From Leptogorgia sarmentosa (taxonomy: Eukaryota), in assembly GCA_964658305.1 (NCBI GenBank), contig OZ210884.1:6572001-6636000 (forward strand): 64,000 nt of DNA, read 5' to 3'. Shown here one piece after another: positions 11,960 through 25,405 of the stretch (position 1 is its first letter; each line of letters opens with the position of its first letter). A program made the position numbers and the translations under genes. The notes beneath the pieces are model-generated. The model ran no database searches, had not been told where the DNA came from, and worked only from the letters and a program-made list of their open reading frames with translations.

Positions 11960-13760
11960 CAAGAATATCGCTCCCGGCTTTGAAAGATTGAAAACTGAAA
12001 TGTGATTTTCTGTTGACTTCCTGTGATTGCAGTTATTCGCATCGTGCATGGATATCTACCAGCCTCGTCCCCAGTGCCCTGAGCTGTTTAGCGTAAAACA
12101 TCAGAGCAGATCGACGCAGGGGAAGAGGATTCTAATTTTGAAAGGTTACGTAAGAATTAGAGATCAAGCATTTAACTGAGAAACCACGTTAAATGGCCAC
12201 AGTAGATGAAGTAAATTATTGGCCTGATGGGACAACCCCTATATGACGACCATTATCGAAAACAAGGGACTGCTGTGTTTACAGCAAATTTCTGACGAAT
12301 TCTATCCAAACACCAGCAAAGAAAAAGAGTTAGACGCGGCGAAATAATGAATATACCAATTTCTGAATACACCAAGAATTTGGTGGAAATTGAAATGTTT
12401 GGCCTAATATGGCGCCGTTTTGAATACTGCGGAATGAGCTAAATCAGAAAGAACCGTCTCTTCGTACAACAACATCTGATGTTTCTTCTGTTTTACGCGA
12501 GTTATTAATCAAATTAAACTTAAAAAATGATTGAAATACAACTGATTTTATTCATTATTAAGATTCTCTGGCTATCAAACGTGACAATATAAACAGTTAG
12601 TAAGCTAATTTATAGTTAACCTCTTCACTCACACCAAGGATAGGACTAGGAAACTACCACACTAACGACAATGTCACATTGTCGCTTATTAATTTCCTTT
12701 AAATAAAATGAATTTATATTTACCACAATATTTTGTCCTTGCTGATTTCGTGACAGAGATGACGACCGATGATTCACTAAGTCATTGCAACGATAACTTA
12801 AAATTCCATTGTACAATTGTCTATTTCCATGTTTGAAATAGTTTATAAATTTTCGCTTTACTTCAATAGTTCACCAGTTCAATACCTGTAAATTATATGA
12901 CACCGCTTTTGAGGCAACTAGCCAATGTATCATAATAATATAGCTAAGTTCAGTAGATGCTATAGAAATCAGTGCCGTAAACATGATTATCAGTTGTCCA
13001 CATCATGATGTCGACACAACTTAATGTTGTACCGCATAGCAAAAATGTCACATCAGCTCTACTGGTAGCTACTTAACGATATTCTTATAATTTATCTGCT
13101 GCATTAGTATAGCAAGTATTCAGCTATCAGTTAATGCATGAAACGGCTGTATCCATGCACCTGTGTAAGCCAGCCAAGTTGCTTCGATTGCTCTCTAATC
13201 ATCGATTAAAAATATTAAATGCTTATTGGCTTTGCATTTGTTTTAATTAGTACCATGAATTTCTACCGTGTTAGCTTCTTTGAACAACAGCTAGAACAAC
13301 TCACCCGCTGTTTATATATAATAAAGTTAAAACTCCGCATCGCCGGATTTGCCACAAGTTGTTAAATGAATTAAAATCCAACAATCGTATTAAATATAAT
13401 TGGACAAGTTAACAAATCAAATAGCGTGGCATGCAGGCTCTGAGGTATCAAGTATTTGCTTTTAAATTTGCGGTTTGTTAGTCAAGGGATCGTGTACTGA
13501 CGTGTGGTTGAATTGGGTCATGGAGCCGCCACAAACATCCGCCAGCTCGCCATTCATCGATCATAGGATTGCAAGGAATAATAACATGAAAACATTTATT
13601 TCTACAAGAAATAATGCTTTGCTACTGTAGTATAGGGCAGTTAAAATGGTAAGTTATGATTTACAAGTTTAACCTGGTAAAAATGCATCCTGATTGATAT
13701 GCTTTATATTTTTCCTTTATTTCAAGTCTTGCAATCACTGATCGCTTGCATGTTATTTTA

Positions 13761-13880
13761 GGCCTAGGTCAAACGTCGAACTTTTCATGCGCCGAACCTA
13801 ATGCAAATGAGCTCAAACAAAGAACTTGGCTCTTTAACATTAGGTTCGGCACATGAAAAGTTCGACGTTTGACCTAGGCC
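13761..13880. mobile_element. 120-bp PIF/Harbinger MITE (near-perfect hairpin), TTA TSD
   Basis: TTA|GGCCTAGGTCAAACGTCGAACTTTTCATGCGCCGAACCTAATG ... CATTAGGTTCGGCACATGAAAAGTTCGACGTTTGACCTAGGCC|TTA. A related half-copy lies at about 31994-32040. Confidence 0.9.
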
Positions 13881-14568
13881 TTACTGCGACCTTTATATAT
13901 ATTCAGTTTCTTATTTGTGATATTTTCATACACTAGGACAGGCCGTATATTGTTATACTAACCGACCTTCTGAAATGGTTTGTTAGCACTAGCAGGTGTC
14001 AGTTAAATTTGTCATTGAACGGCTGACTATAGATTAACGTTCGTGTAACGCTTTGTGCAGTCATCCTACTAGGTAAGAATGCTGATGCAGTTTTTAATGA
14101 GTAATGTAGTTTCTATAAGTCAGCTAATATAATCTCCGTAATTATCACCTTTGCTTTTCAATAACCAACTGAATTAAATTAACAGCTGATTTTATTTTAC
14201 AGGTATTGAACTGGTAAACTATTGAAGTGGAGTAGAACTTCTAGTAAACAAAGCACCCATCAGATTTTTCTGTTATCGCTTGAGTTGCATTCGTCCTATA
14301 TATATATATATATAATTTGCAGCAAATTAACAAAACTTTTGCAGTCCATATTTTGAAAATGTATATCCTTTAGTTTTCCCGAATTTTAGAATTTTATGAT
14401 AGATCGTCGGTCAGCGTTACAATAGCTCGTATGACTCGTATCCAGGGTCAGCTCCTTCATAGTTCCATGATCCATCATTATCAATAACATTCCCCCGCTG
14501 ACAGAGGCCATGTCACAGTGTTGACCTGAGTGAAAATATGTGAAATGTTCAGGTTTAAAGCAGCTTTC

Positions 14569-14950
14569 ATGGATCACAAATTAAAATAAAGTGGTGTCGT
14601 CCATGACAAACATTATGAATGTGATTTATGCAATAGAAGGTTTGATTATCCAAGCAATCTCGCAGTCCATATAAATACACACACGAGAGAAAAACCCTAT
14701 ATGAATGTGTCGTTTGTAAGAAGCGATTCGCATCCCCAAGTAGCTTATCTGCACATAAAAGGATACATACAGGTACCGTAGAATGAACGTGAGAACAAGA
14801 CCTTATGAATGTGATGTTTGCCACAAGAAATTTCCAACACCAATTAAGCAAGGTAGCAATACATAAAAACTTACATGAGAAGCCTCATGAATGTGATATT
14901 TGCAAGAAACGGTTCGCCCTTCCAGTTGGCTTTATAGACTCACACAAACA
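14569..14950 (+). pseudogene. Frameshifted C2H2 zinc-finger pseudogene
   Basis: Four finger remnants fall in shifting frames with stops: YECDLCNRRFDYPSNLAVHINTHTREKP, YECVVCKKRFASPSSLSAHKRIHTG, PYECDVCHKKF and EKPHECDICKKRF. Confidence 0.8.
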
Positions 14951-15779
14951 AACTAGATATAATATACGAAATGAGCAAACTTTGTATGGCCATAATAGTC
15001 CCCATTTTGTAATATTTCTTCTTCAAACTTTGAAGTTATGCTAATTTGGGAACCCTGTTTTTAACTGTGGCGATAAATGTTGGTGTGTCTTTACTTATTT
15101 TCAATTTTTCCGATCGCTAAATTTCCCTATTTTGTGAATAAAACAGTGAATATCTGTCGCCACATTATTGAAATTTTTCAACAGGATTCCTATCTTTTAG
15201 AATGCTTCAACACGGCCACCTTGACGACTGACAAAGTGTGCAGTACTGCACGGAAAATATGAGACCCTGCTGTGTTTTGGGACATGCGTTCTGTCATGTA
15301 TACATTCATAATCATCTCACTCACTTTGTTATGATAATTGATAAAGTACATTTATTACTTGAACTCTTCTTGTTCACCCACAAATTTGTGCTGTTTATCT
15401 TGTGATCAGTTTAGAAGATAATGTTCGGCATGCAAAACAACCAGAACCAAAATAATGGTACAAAATTCATTGTGCATGTAAATTGTATGGAATGCATCTT
15501 GTAAGCAGAGGCGAGCGGGCTGTATAACGTTATTTTGAATAATATTTTCTAAATAAGTTATTTTGAGGACAGTGGAAACAAAATGTAATTCGGATCAAAA
15601 ACACGAGCAGGAGTGCTTTATCAGATATAAATCAAACTCGAGACGACAGCCAAGAGTTTTAGATCTGATAAAGCACAGAGTGCAAAGTGCTTTAAATGGC
15701 TTAAAATCATTTCAGTGGTGAATAAATTTTAAAAAACAAATAGTCGAGGAAATCAAGGCAAAATTTAATGCAAATTAAC

Positions 15780-15904
15780 CCGCTCTTATGTCGGACTTTC
15801 GTCTTATCAAATGCAATTCAAACAATATAGATAATATGCTAAGACATCTCATTATCTACTGTTTCAATTGCATTTGACGCGACGAAAGTTCAACTTAAGA
15901 GCGA
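15780..15904. mobile_element. Small inverted-repeat element (MITE-like) within a longer unclassified repeat
   Basis: CGCTCTTATGTCGGACTTTCGTC..TCAAATGCAATT pairs with AATTGCATTTGA..GACGAAAGTTCAACTTAAGAGCG. Confidence 0.55.
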
Positions 15905-16716
15905 CCTATAAACTAGGCCATAGACTAGCAAAATGCAGTAGCTTAATTTCCTTTGTGTTGTCTTCCGTCATGAATTATTAATATGCCTTCCTGACGGCTT
16001 TTTTAAGCACTTGCGCCAACTGGCAAGCAAAACTAGACGTTTGCCAAAAGCATGTGGTCCAATCGCCTTTCAAGTTAGCTCGGGTTAATTGTGTGATTCT
16101 GTTTGGATACACAAAGTTAATTAGTAAAACATCCACGTCTGTCTCGCTATTGTCGATAATTACAGTGTTAAATCATAACTCATAACGGCCGGTCAGGTGT
16201 CCTTGAATAAACTTTAATTCAATTTTTCACTCTCGGTAACAATAAAACATCAATTTCCTGCTTGAAAATGGGATCTGTAATTGGGGTCAAGTTCTATGTA
16301 CACTGCAAAATAATATTATTTCACCAACTAATTTTGTTTTAACGCATTCTCAATTCATATATCACTAATTTACCTTTGCCATATCAATTAAATTTTATTT
16401 ACTCTCTTTATTCTCCTTATACACTGCACGAGGCCTACCGGGACGAAACTATCCCCAGGGTGAGTCAAACTGAATATAGGAAACTTGCGCTGTCATAAGC
16501 TATCATAAATATGATACTTCATGCACTTTACGTACTTTTATAGACCTTTTAATTTACAAAAGTAATAAGATTGCACCCAGTTGCATAAAGTCAACAATTG
16601 AACAAGTACAATGACGGTTCATAATTTTAGCGTGAAGACAATAATAGGTCCAATAATAGTACATACCAAAACAACTTATGTTTATATCAACAATATTTTG
16701 AAATTATAATACAACT

Positions 16717-17640
16717 CTATCGTCCGAATCTTGCCCTAATATTATCTGATAACGATCTGTTCCGTGCTAAGTCAGTGAATTCATCATCAAAGCCATCTTC
16801 AGGATCAATGTTATCTAATAGTCCTCTCCCTTCACCACCTTTCGTAGGAACCGACTTTGTTCTAGATCGTGACTTCACCTCGTCTTCAGCTTGGGTTTGG
16901 GCTATTTCTTTCACGCGTTTCTGGGCCACCTCATGTTTTACTGGCGTTATCTCCTCAGCACCGAGTAAACCAGTGTTCTCATTGTCACCAGCGTCTGTTT
17001 TCTTCGAGGTTTTCTTTGCAGCAGCAACATTAAATTCCTGATATTTTGTCGACTTCGTCGTGTTTACTTTACAACCGCTTACAGCATTTGTTCCCAAATC
17101 TTTATTTGCTCTACTAAACGCCGAGGATTTGTCTAAAATGGTTCCACTCGATTTGTCTAGGTTGCTTACATCATTAGTCACATCTCCATGATATTCAAAG
17201 GCTCGATTAATCGCATTATAGAACTCTTGTGCTCGGTTTTGGTTAAGGCAATGCAGAACATGAACAGTGGCTATGCTTTGAGATGGTAAACAACACACAA
17301 CAATGACAGCATTCGGGAATTTCGTCGACTTTTTGTCGGAGCAGTAGACTGATTTTACGCTTGTAAGTGCCACAGTAAACTCAATATGGTGTGTGACTAC
17401 GTGTCGAAATACGAGTTGGTTGGTATCGACCGTTATTGTCAACTGAGTTGAGTTATTTATGTCCCCATTATCCATATATTGGGAATATATACCTTCAACC
17501 ACAGTGTCTAAGTCGTTGTTATCAACTTGAATCTCTTTTCTCCCAAGATAGTAGGTTTGAAAGTCCATCCCAGCCAACAGACTGTCTTCCTCGTCAGACA
17601 ATAGCCGCAGTGGTTTTCTTGAACTTTTTACAGCAAGCAT
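16717..17640 (-). CDS. PTB/PID-domain endocytic adaptor-like protein (LDLRAP1/ARH-like), 307 aa, intronless
   Basis: The N-terminal half has a PTB-like pattern (FQTYYLG..., VKSVYC, HVLHCLNQNRAQEFYNAINRAFE). The disordered tail ends in DDEFTDLARNR, matching [DE]nx1-2Fxx[FL]xxxR. Confidence 0.75.
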   Translation of the reverse strand: MLAVKSSRKPLRLLSDEEDSLLAGMDFQTYYLGRKEIQVDNNDLDTVVEGIYSQYMDNGDINNSTQLTITVDTNQLVFRHVVTHHIEFTVALTSVKSVYCSDKKSTKFPNAVIVVCCLPSQSIATVHVLHCLNQNRAQEFYNAINRAFEYHGDVTNDVSNLDKSSGTILDKSSAFSRANKDLGTNAVSGCKVNTTKSTKYQEFNVAAAKKTSKKTDAGDNENTGLLGAEEITPVKHEVAQKRVKEIAQTQAEDEVKSRSRTKSVPTKGGEGRGLLDNIDPEDGFDDEFTDLARNRSLSDNIRARFGR

Positions 17641-20420
17641 ATTTTATCAAATATTTAACGAATTCTGTTCACTTCACTCGCTTCGTTTGTTTATATTCGG
17701 CTTAGTTGGTCTCAATATGGTCTTTCCACTTGAAATATATTTAAAATCAAATGTTTCGTAGCGCCAAGTTCCAGCGCGTGTGAATATACTTTGTGCATAA
17801 GCTGACACAACAATTTACAGACTGGACAAAGGTTGGCGGTCAGCATGGAATTTTGAGTTGACATAAAGTAGTTTCAAATTTCAGTGATGACCGATTGACC
17901 GAGATATTTGAAAGAATATTTTCTGTTCTGTCGCAACCGGATGCGTCTCAAGGTAATATTATACTGCTGTAACGTTGGCGTGATTTATAGAAGCTTACAG
18001 AGTATAAATATCAGAGCGGACAGAGCCAGAATTAAATGAGAAAATCATCGCACGTCGCGCCTAAACCACAAATGAAGTGTGGTTTTCCTTAACAGACCTG
18101 AACCGAGATTTGATTTAGTAATCCTCAGATCATATTGCCAAATATTTATTTATTTAAAATCTGACTAGGAAATGCCAATGGTCATAAGTGATGTCAAGAG
18201 TCAAGGTCGAAATTTCGCAGGCCTTCGTTGATCGATCTTCATGCAGCTACTCAAAAATGGGCGGGAACAGGAATATTCTCAAAAGGGCGCAATTTAAGGT
18301 GTGAATGTTTTTATTGGCCAAAACGGAAGAACTCTTAAAAATAAAGAACTTTTTTTTGCAATTTTTTCATTTGAAAACTTTGCTCGTTATGTTTATTAGA
18401 GCCTGACGTATATCGAATCATTTTTCAGTATAAATGCTCGGATGAAAGAGATCTGCGGTTTTGCTTAATTTTACATTCAGTGTGAATTAAGAGTGATTAC
18501 ACGATGCTTGAATAAACGGTCGGCAAGTTCAAAATAAAAAAAACTGGTGAATATCATATCATACAGAATCCGTAGAGCTTGGTGTTAGAACCAGTACTGA
18601 CGCTGTGACTTATTATTTGGTTTTAATAATAATAAAAATTCGAATATTGAATATCCGCTAACCATATATCTTCAATATACGTGGTCACTGGCGGGTAATA
18701 ATAACATCAAATAAAAAAGATGCGAACTTTGCCTTTGCAGAAGGCCTTTGCTCGAGACGCCCGAGAATCTTATTATATCGTTTAGGTAGATACCAGTAAG
18801 TGAGACTTTAGCTATACTTCTTGTTGTTAGCTAACCTGACATGCATCGTTGCACATATTATGAAAATCTGACTGTTCGCCGCTTTCGTAACTTGTTGTTT
18901 CGAATAGTTTTCGGCATATCTAAAGGCTAATTGGATAGATAGACCTCTTAATATTTTAATTTGTGGAAATCCGCTGTTTTTATCGATTTCTGCATTTTTC
19001 CATATACAGGCTTGGCATAAATTTTACAATGACTTGACAACGTCTGTAGGTTCAAAGCTGCATGGTGTTAGTAATGAATGGTGCCTAAATACTGATATCT
19101 TCTTGTTACTGTATGCTTTTGTGATTATCCGAGGATGTTCAAAGTCATGGCATAAATTTTCCGTGACGTCAAACGTAGATAAACACTAATTAATTCGTGT
19201 TGCAATATTTGTAAGCGTCTACGAGGGTGACGTCATGTTACGCCTGAACCCCAGGTAAGAAATTTCAACCTCCCCCCATAACCAAAGAAACGCATCAGCC
19301 ATTACATTATTTATAACTACCGCAGAGAATATATTCTGAATATACTGACTGCATCGATTAATTGACAGTCTGATCTGAGTTCTGACAAAAAGTCTGCAAA
19401 AATGAATTCTTCAAAGAACCTGGCCTGAAAGATTACAAATAAATCCTAATTTGTAGTATAACTTTCCTACATGAGTGTACACAAATGGAATTGTTATACG
19501 GTACCCAATTTTTCCAAAATTGCCGAAACCTACCAGTCACTGATTAAAAACTGACTCCCGTTTTCACGTACTGGTTTCACGAGATTGGTCAGACGGTTAT
19601 AGCTGCCTGTGGGCTTATCTGGGGGGAGCTATTCGGCTTGTTAAGTCAGGTTGAAGATCGTACTAAAATATACTCTTTCCTATACCAAAAACCAGAGTTT
19701 TCCAAAAGATTTGCCAATGATGTTAACAGTTCGTATGCCTACATATCGAAACAGGAAATTCAAACAAAATATTGGCATTAGCTTGTTCCATGCATTTCGT
19801 GCAAGAAGAAAGTCATTTCGATTTTTGCCCCTGCAGAAAACCCGAGGAGGCAAATATAGTCGACCGTGGGCGCGTGTAGAATTTTCGTATCATCGGGGTG
19901 AAAAAAGTTCGATCAAATCAAAAATTTGGGTCATTTGGGTCATGCAGTTTTTGAGCATGCGCAGTTGCGCACTTCTTCCAATATGAAAGTTTTTGAGCAT
20001 GCGCACTTCTCACAAGTTCATTCTCCAGAGAACGTTCACACGAAACAATTCTTCAGAAGATCAATCTCGGTGAGTTTTCAATTTTGTATTAGTTTGTGCA
20101 TAGAAAACTTTTTAATTGGTGATTTTCAAGGTTATAACAGTTGTTCAAGACTTCAAGCATTGTTCAAGTGTTTATTTCAAGTGTTTGCATACTCATACAT
20201 AATTCATTTACATACGGGATTGACAGACTCAACCCAAAACTTTGTACAGTAACCAAGAGCATCGCAACTTGTATCAGAAAATTGAAAGAAAATAACAGAA
20301 TTTCAATTGGGTTATACACGGCAATATTAACACTTTACAGTATTGAACAGCTGTTGTACTGCACCTGTCCCATGGGCATGTAGCAAATTTGATACATTGT
20401 TCATTTCTAAATTTGTAAAC

Positions 20421-20800
20421 ATGTCAACGTCGGTATCACGTTTCAACAGCGGTTTGGCCAGGAATGTATTTGTATTGTATTGCTGCACTGTTTATAATGA
20501 CCCAGGAATGTTTTCATGTGCTGTAGATTGTTTTATAGAGCTTAGTGCAGAGATACTCATATCATACTTGCAAATATGTACAGTAGATCGGAACTTTTAG
20601 AGATACTTTATAATGCTTGTATTCAGTATCAGTCGATTGAAGATGGAAATCACTCGTTACTCCGTGATATTCGAGAGGCAGTATGGACCTATTTATATAC
20701 GGCAATTCTTCATTTCAAGCAATGGATAGTAATGCGCAGTTTTCAGAAATATTTGACCGGCAATGTTTTACTAACATTAATACACAAGAAAAAGGTACAT
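20421..20800 (+). pseudogene. Possible decayed ORF with a cysteine-peptidase-like Cys box (probably TE-derived)
   Basis: Protein-like segments lie in three frames: VYNDPGMFSCAVDCFIELSAEIL, ELLEILYNACIQYQ..LLRDIREAVWTYL and SSFQAMDSNAQFSEIFD. Confidence 0.3.
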
Positions 20801-21030
20801 TTATTCTGTGCTGAAAGTATACATTCAATTCATCCAAGTATTTAAAGCCCGGTTTACACTGTCAAACTTTGATACTCCAAACCGGAATTAACAGCATCAA
20901 TCAATGGAGGCACTTGTAGTGATAACTATTTCTAGTATACTATTTTAAACGTGATTGACTGTGGTTTTCACGGACAAAGAGGAAACCAGAAGTTTATAAC
21001 CGGAACTGCCGAATTGAACCTACCACTGAT

Positions 21031-21192
21031 CAGGGCCGTCGCTAGAACGTTAATTGGGGGGGGGGGGGGTGCATATTCATATTTTGGCGTTCTGCCGACT
21101 GATTTCTTTTGAAATCAGTTGTTTATGAATTAATTTCTGAACTCCAAAATATGAATATGCACCCCCCAATTAACGTTCTAGCGACGGCCCTG
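21031..21192. mobile_element. hAT-type MITE with 8-bp TSD CCACTGAT
   Basis: CCACTGAT|CAGGGCCGTCGCTAGAACGTTAATTGGGG ... CCCCAATTAACGTTCTAGCGACGGCCCTG|CCACTGAT. Confidence 0.93.
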
Positions 21193-24100
21193 CCACTGAT
21201 TAATATTAATTGCCTCAGTAAAAAACTGATACACTGAAATCATTTTGAAGCTATCGTTATAAAAAAAGAAAGTCATTTCTATACTATTTTAAACGTGAAT
21301 GACTGTGGTTGTCACGGATGTGCTGGTTACCCCGGTGGTTTGGAAATGGAAAATTCAAAAATCAAAATCATGCAAAGCTGCAAAAACTGTGAGACAACTG
21401 AACGGTTTAAAATGTACATTTATTAAAAGTGAAATCTAATTGGCCATATAAGACTATAAGTAGTTACTCGATTTAATCACAATTGAATCGGTTTTCTCTG
21501 ATGTACTGCTGCATAATAACCAGGCGGTTATTTACCGTAAAAATACATAATTAGACTAGGTTACCCACAGGGTAGGAAATGCTGCCTTGGCGCAAGCTGT
21601 AGTCATCGAAAGTATTACAACTCAAAAATGATATCAATAAAAACAAATGGAATTATTATGAAAATTTTACAGAATGAGTTAGTTGGTGAATGTTAAGTGT
21701 AATGTATATATTTATTATTACAATATTGTAAGATCAAACGGGAACAGTTGCGATAAAAACCGTATAAATATTACACTGTTCTTGTTTAGGTCTTTTTGCC
21801 CAAACCGTTTTGTCGGTCTACTTGTATGAATCGACTTTAATAGGATTGAAATAACTCTTTATAAACATAAAAATAGGTACACAATGTGTACATGTATCGG
21901 CGCCTATGTAGCTTGGTTACCAACGGTGATCAAATCTTATTTGTTTTCGGCTTTTCGATGCACGCATCTTATCTGTCCCTAATACGTGATCTTGCATGTA
22001 TAAAATGGTTTACTGCTAGGGAATAGGCGAATAGCGCAAATATACTAATTCCTTTCAAGACGTGAGGTTGTGCGTGGTTAAAACGTGAGATGTATTCAAT
22101 ACTTGATATAAGCTTTCATGACTATCTCGCATTCCGGAATTCGCGCGATCATATCAAATTGCGTAAGGAATTGAAATTGACGACATATGATATCGCATTT
22201 CATGTTATTGCGTCTTTAAAATAGAGACAGCGCTTTGCGATAATGCGATTGTTTGTGAAAAATGTGGCTTTCTAAAAACCAAATTACCCTTTTCAAAACC
22301 ATATATTAATAATGATACATTTATATACAGTATATTCTGTCCATTCATGCAGCATTTGCCTAGTCGCTATGCGCGTAGGTTCAGAACAGAATAGCTACTT
22401 GAAACTATATATTATTTCGTTTGTTTTGTCTCGCGCTTAATAAACGCACAAACCCGTTTTATTACAAGCTACAAAATCTATTTTCCTGGGATTGAATGCT
22501 TCAACCATTCTGTATGACGAAGCGTCAAAATATAGTAGATATTCCGTGATCACGATGAGACCACGGGCAGTCCAAACATGCATGTACAGTGTGTCAGTGC
22601 CGACACGCTAAAGTATCGTAGGGAAAATATATGCGCAATTGTGTGTTGTATCAAGACATAAACCTTTTTCATAACCTTAAATATTCGCTGTGTTCAAGGT
22701 AATACAATGCATAATTTGCGTCATGATATTTTTGCTTCGATGATTCCATAGCAAACCTCTTTGATATCTTCAAAAGCAATCAGCAATGCGGTGCCAATGT
22801 ATAATTTGCGTCATGATTTTTTTGCGTATAAATTTCCCTTGTAAATAGTGTTGTAAAAACGTAATTAACACTTGTCGCTGCGGCCATTATATTTTCTTCT
22901 TATCTGGTTATTCATGCGAAATAAAATCCACGATTTGATTTTGATCCACATGATAAATTTAGGATCTGCTGCCTTGCTCGCTCGCTTCAGGCTCGCTCGC
23001 TGCGGCAGCAATAAGCTGAGTTCGTACACACAAAACGTCAAAAATGATGATTAAAATTGTAAAAAAATCGGGAGTCTTGTAAGCAAAAATTGCGGTAACC
23101 ACTGAGTATTTTACACAACAACGGTAACTTATATATAATAATAGAGACAGCATTCTGATACAACGTTTCGACTTTATTGATGACTAAATAAATAAAGTCG
23201 AAACGCTGAATGAAAAAGCTGACGTCCCTATTCGGAGTTACCGTTGTTGTAAGCAAACCTCTTGCATCGTGTAGTGATGTAAGTAAGTTATTTCTTCAGC
23301 GGGGGATATAAGTGACAGAAAATAGTAATGTGACGTAAAGTTCGCTTGATAAACTACGACGTAGTGTATGGTGTGGCGTCAACCGTGCCATTACACCAGG
23401 GTTGGTTGAGTGGTTTCTCCCAATTTATTCGGGAGCACGTCTGATGACAAATTCTTAGGTTTTGCGTAACGTCACATATCTAAGTGGGGGGGAAACTGGG
23501 GGCAACTCTGGCACAGTCGTAGGTTTCGATGTGCACTGTATATGTTGATCTTGTGCTTTGTAGTGAATGTGTGTAATTTAGAGCCATTTGCTCACTCTCG
23601 TGTAGTAAATCGTCAATACAATTTTACGTTGAGCCCCACTCAATTATGAATTCCATACGAAAAGTGCTCATTGCAATGAAGGGGGTCAAGATATTGAAGC
23701 AATACTAAATATTTGCCTCCACTTGACTACTTGAACTACAACTTAAAGGATTCTCCAATCAAAACAGATCATGTGAAGATTTACGCAGCCAAATTAGGGA
23801 AAAAACAAACTGTACATCAGCAAATTTATTTACTCATTATAGCTAGGTCTCATTTCGACAGAAAGACGTATGTTTGAGAGAGGAAATTAAACGGAAATTC
23901 CATTCTTGTTACTTTGCCAAAACGGAAATTAAGCACAAAGAATCAAAACTGATATAAACAACACAAGTCAACGTTCCTGTCGCAACCAAAGTAAATTATT
24001 CATATAATCAGTATTCGATACGTGAATAATTCCGCCTTTGTCTCCAAGTATCTCTTCAATCACTGAAGTACTATAACTGCGTCAGGTTAAAACAGCTTTT

Positions 24101-25183
24101 GATATCCTAGTCATAATAAAGTTAAACTCTGAAGACTTGTGTTTACATCATCAACAATAAGAATCTGTTCTTGTGTACATCGCTTTTAACAAAAACTGTG
24201 AGGAGAAGTGAAGTGCGGACTGAAGGGATCTATTGAATTGTCAAACAGGAAACTATAGTGAGTATAAAATTGGATTAATCTGGAATAAATTCTAACAGAT
24301 ACAGCACAAGACATAATCCGGATAATTTTCGGAAAAATTTTTCGAAAAATTTATCGGCTAGCATTGGTTCAATTTCCATGCGCCGTTTTGTATAGACGTT
24401 GTAGTCTGTGTTCTCTGATTTAAGTACTGACATTATTCGTATATGGTATGCGTATTCTGGATTATAAATTATAAATTATTGCTGAAACCACTGTCGTTCA
24501 ATTCAACGTTTATGGCCTCAGTCAAGCGATTGAAAATAGTATATAACCACTTCCCTAAGTTTACTTCCCTATTCGATTGTATAAGATAAGTATGAACGCG
24601 CCTTGCTGAATATACATTACAAATTTACAATACAGTAGTTTGTAGTTTTTGAATATTGAAACGACATTTTGGCGTACGTTACTTATTTAGCGATAGCCGC
24701 TCTGTGACGTAACGTAAATATAAATTGTATGTATACTATAAAGTCCATGTATGCAGTATATTAGCATATAATTATGTACAGTGCTTCTGCACCGGCATTC
24801 TGCTAATCTGCTTCGATTTCCGTTTTAGTTGAATGACTTTTAATTTAGTGTTCGATTGTGGACATGGTCCTATGAAACGCTTTCGTACAATTATGCATTT
24901 TTTGTCATATATTTATTGATTGGGTGATTTGCCATATATCATCATCCTATCCATCCATCATAATTCGCCCCTAGTTCACTAATCCTAGCGATTATCCTTT
25001 TGGGACAAAGATACGAAATCAGTATCAAAAGTGACCCAAACGTTGACGTACTGTAGTGGTGTATATCTGCCTATGGAAGTATGGCAGTATGGAAGTATAG
25101 GGTTAGCAGTAGGATTTGAATAGACACATTTTGATTAGAACTAAATGTTAGAATCAACCTCCTACCCAGAGCCCTGAGCAATT

Positions 25184-25405
25184 AGAGAGTTTAAGCTTCG
25201 CGTTTCCTGTCAACGGCAAAATTTGCAGATTTTTTGTTAATAAACCAATTCGTTTCAAATTTTCATTCTCATGTAAAAAGAATAATTACATATTGAAATT
25301 TTGAAAACAACAAATTATTTACACTTTACTGCCTTACAGTGTAAAATTAGTCTTTCCTAGCTGGCGTTTGTCGTTTTACGGCTGAGCGTGAAGCTTAAAC
25401 TCTGT
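25184..25405. mobile_element. MITE with AGAGAGTTTAAGCTTC termini, nested in a CAACCTC..CCCAG palindromic element
   Basis: AGAGAGTTTAAGCTTCGCG..AACGGCAAA pairs with TTTGTCGTT..CGTGAAGCTTAAACTCTGT. Confidence 0.7.
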
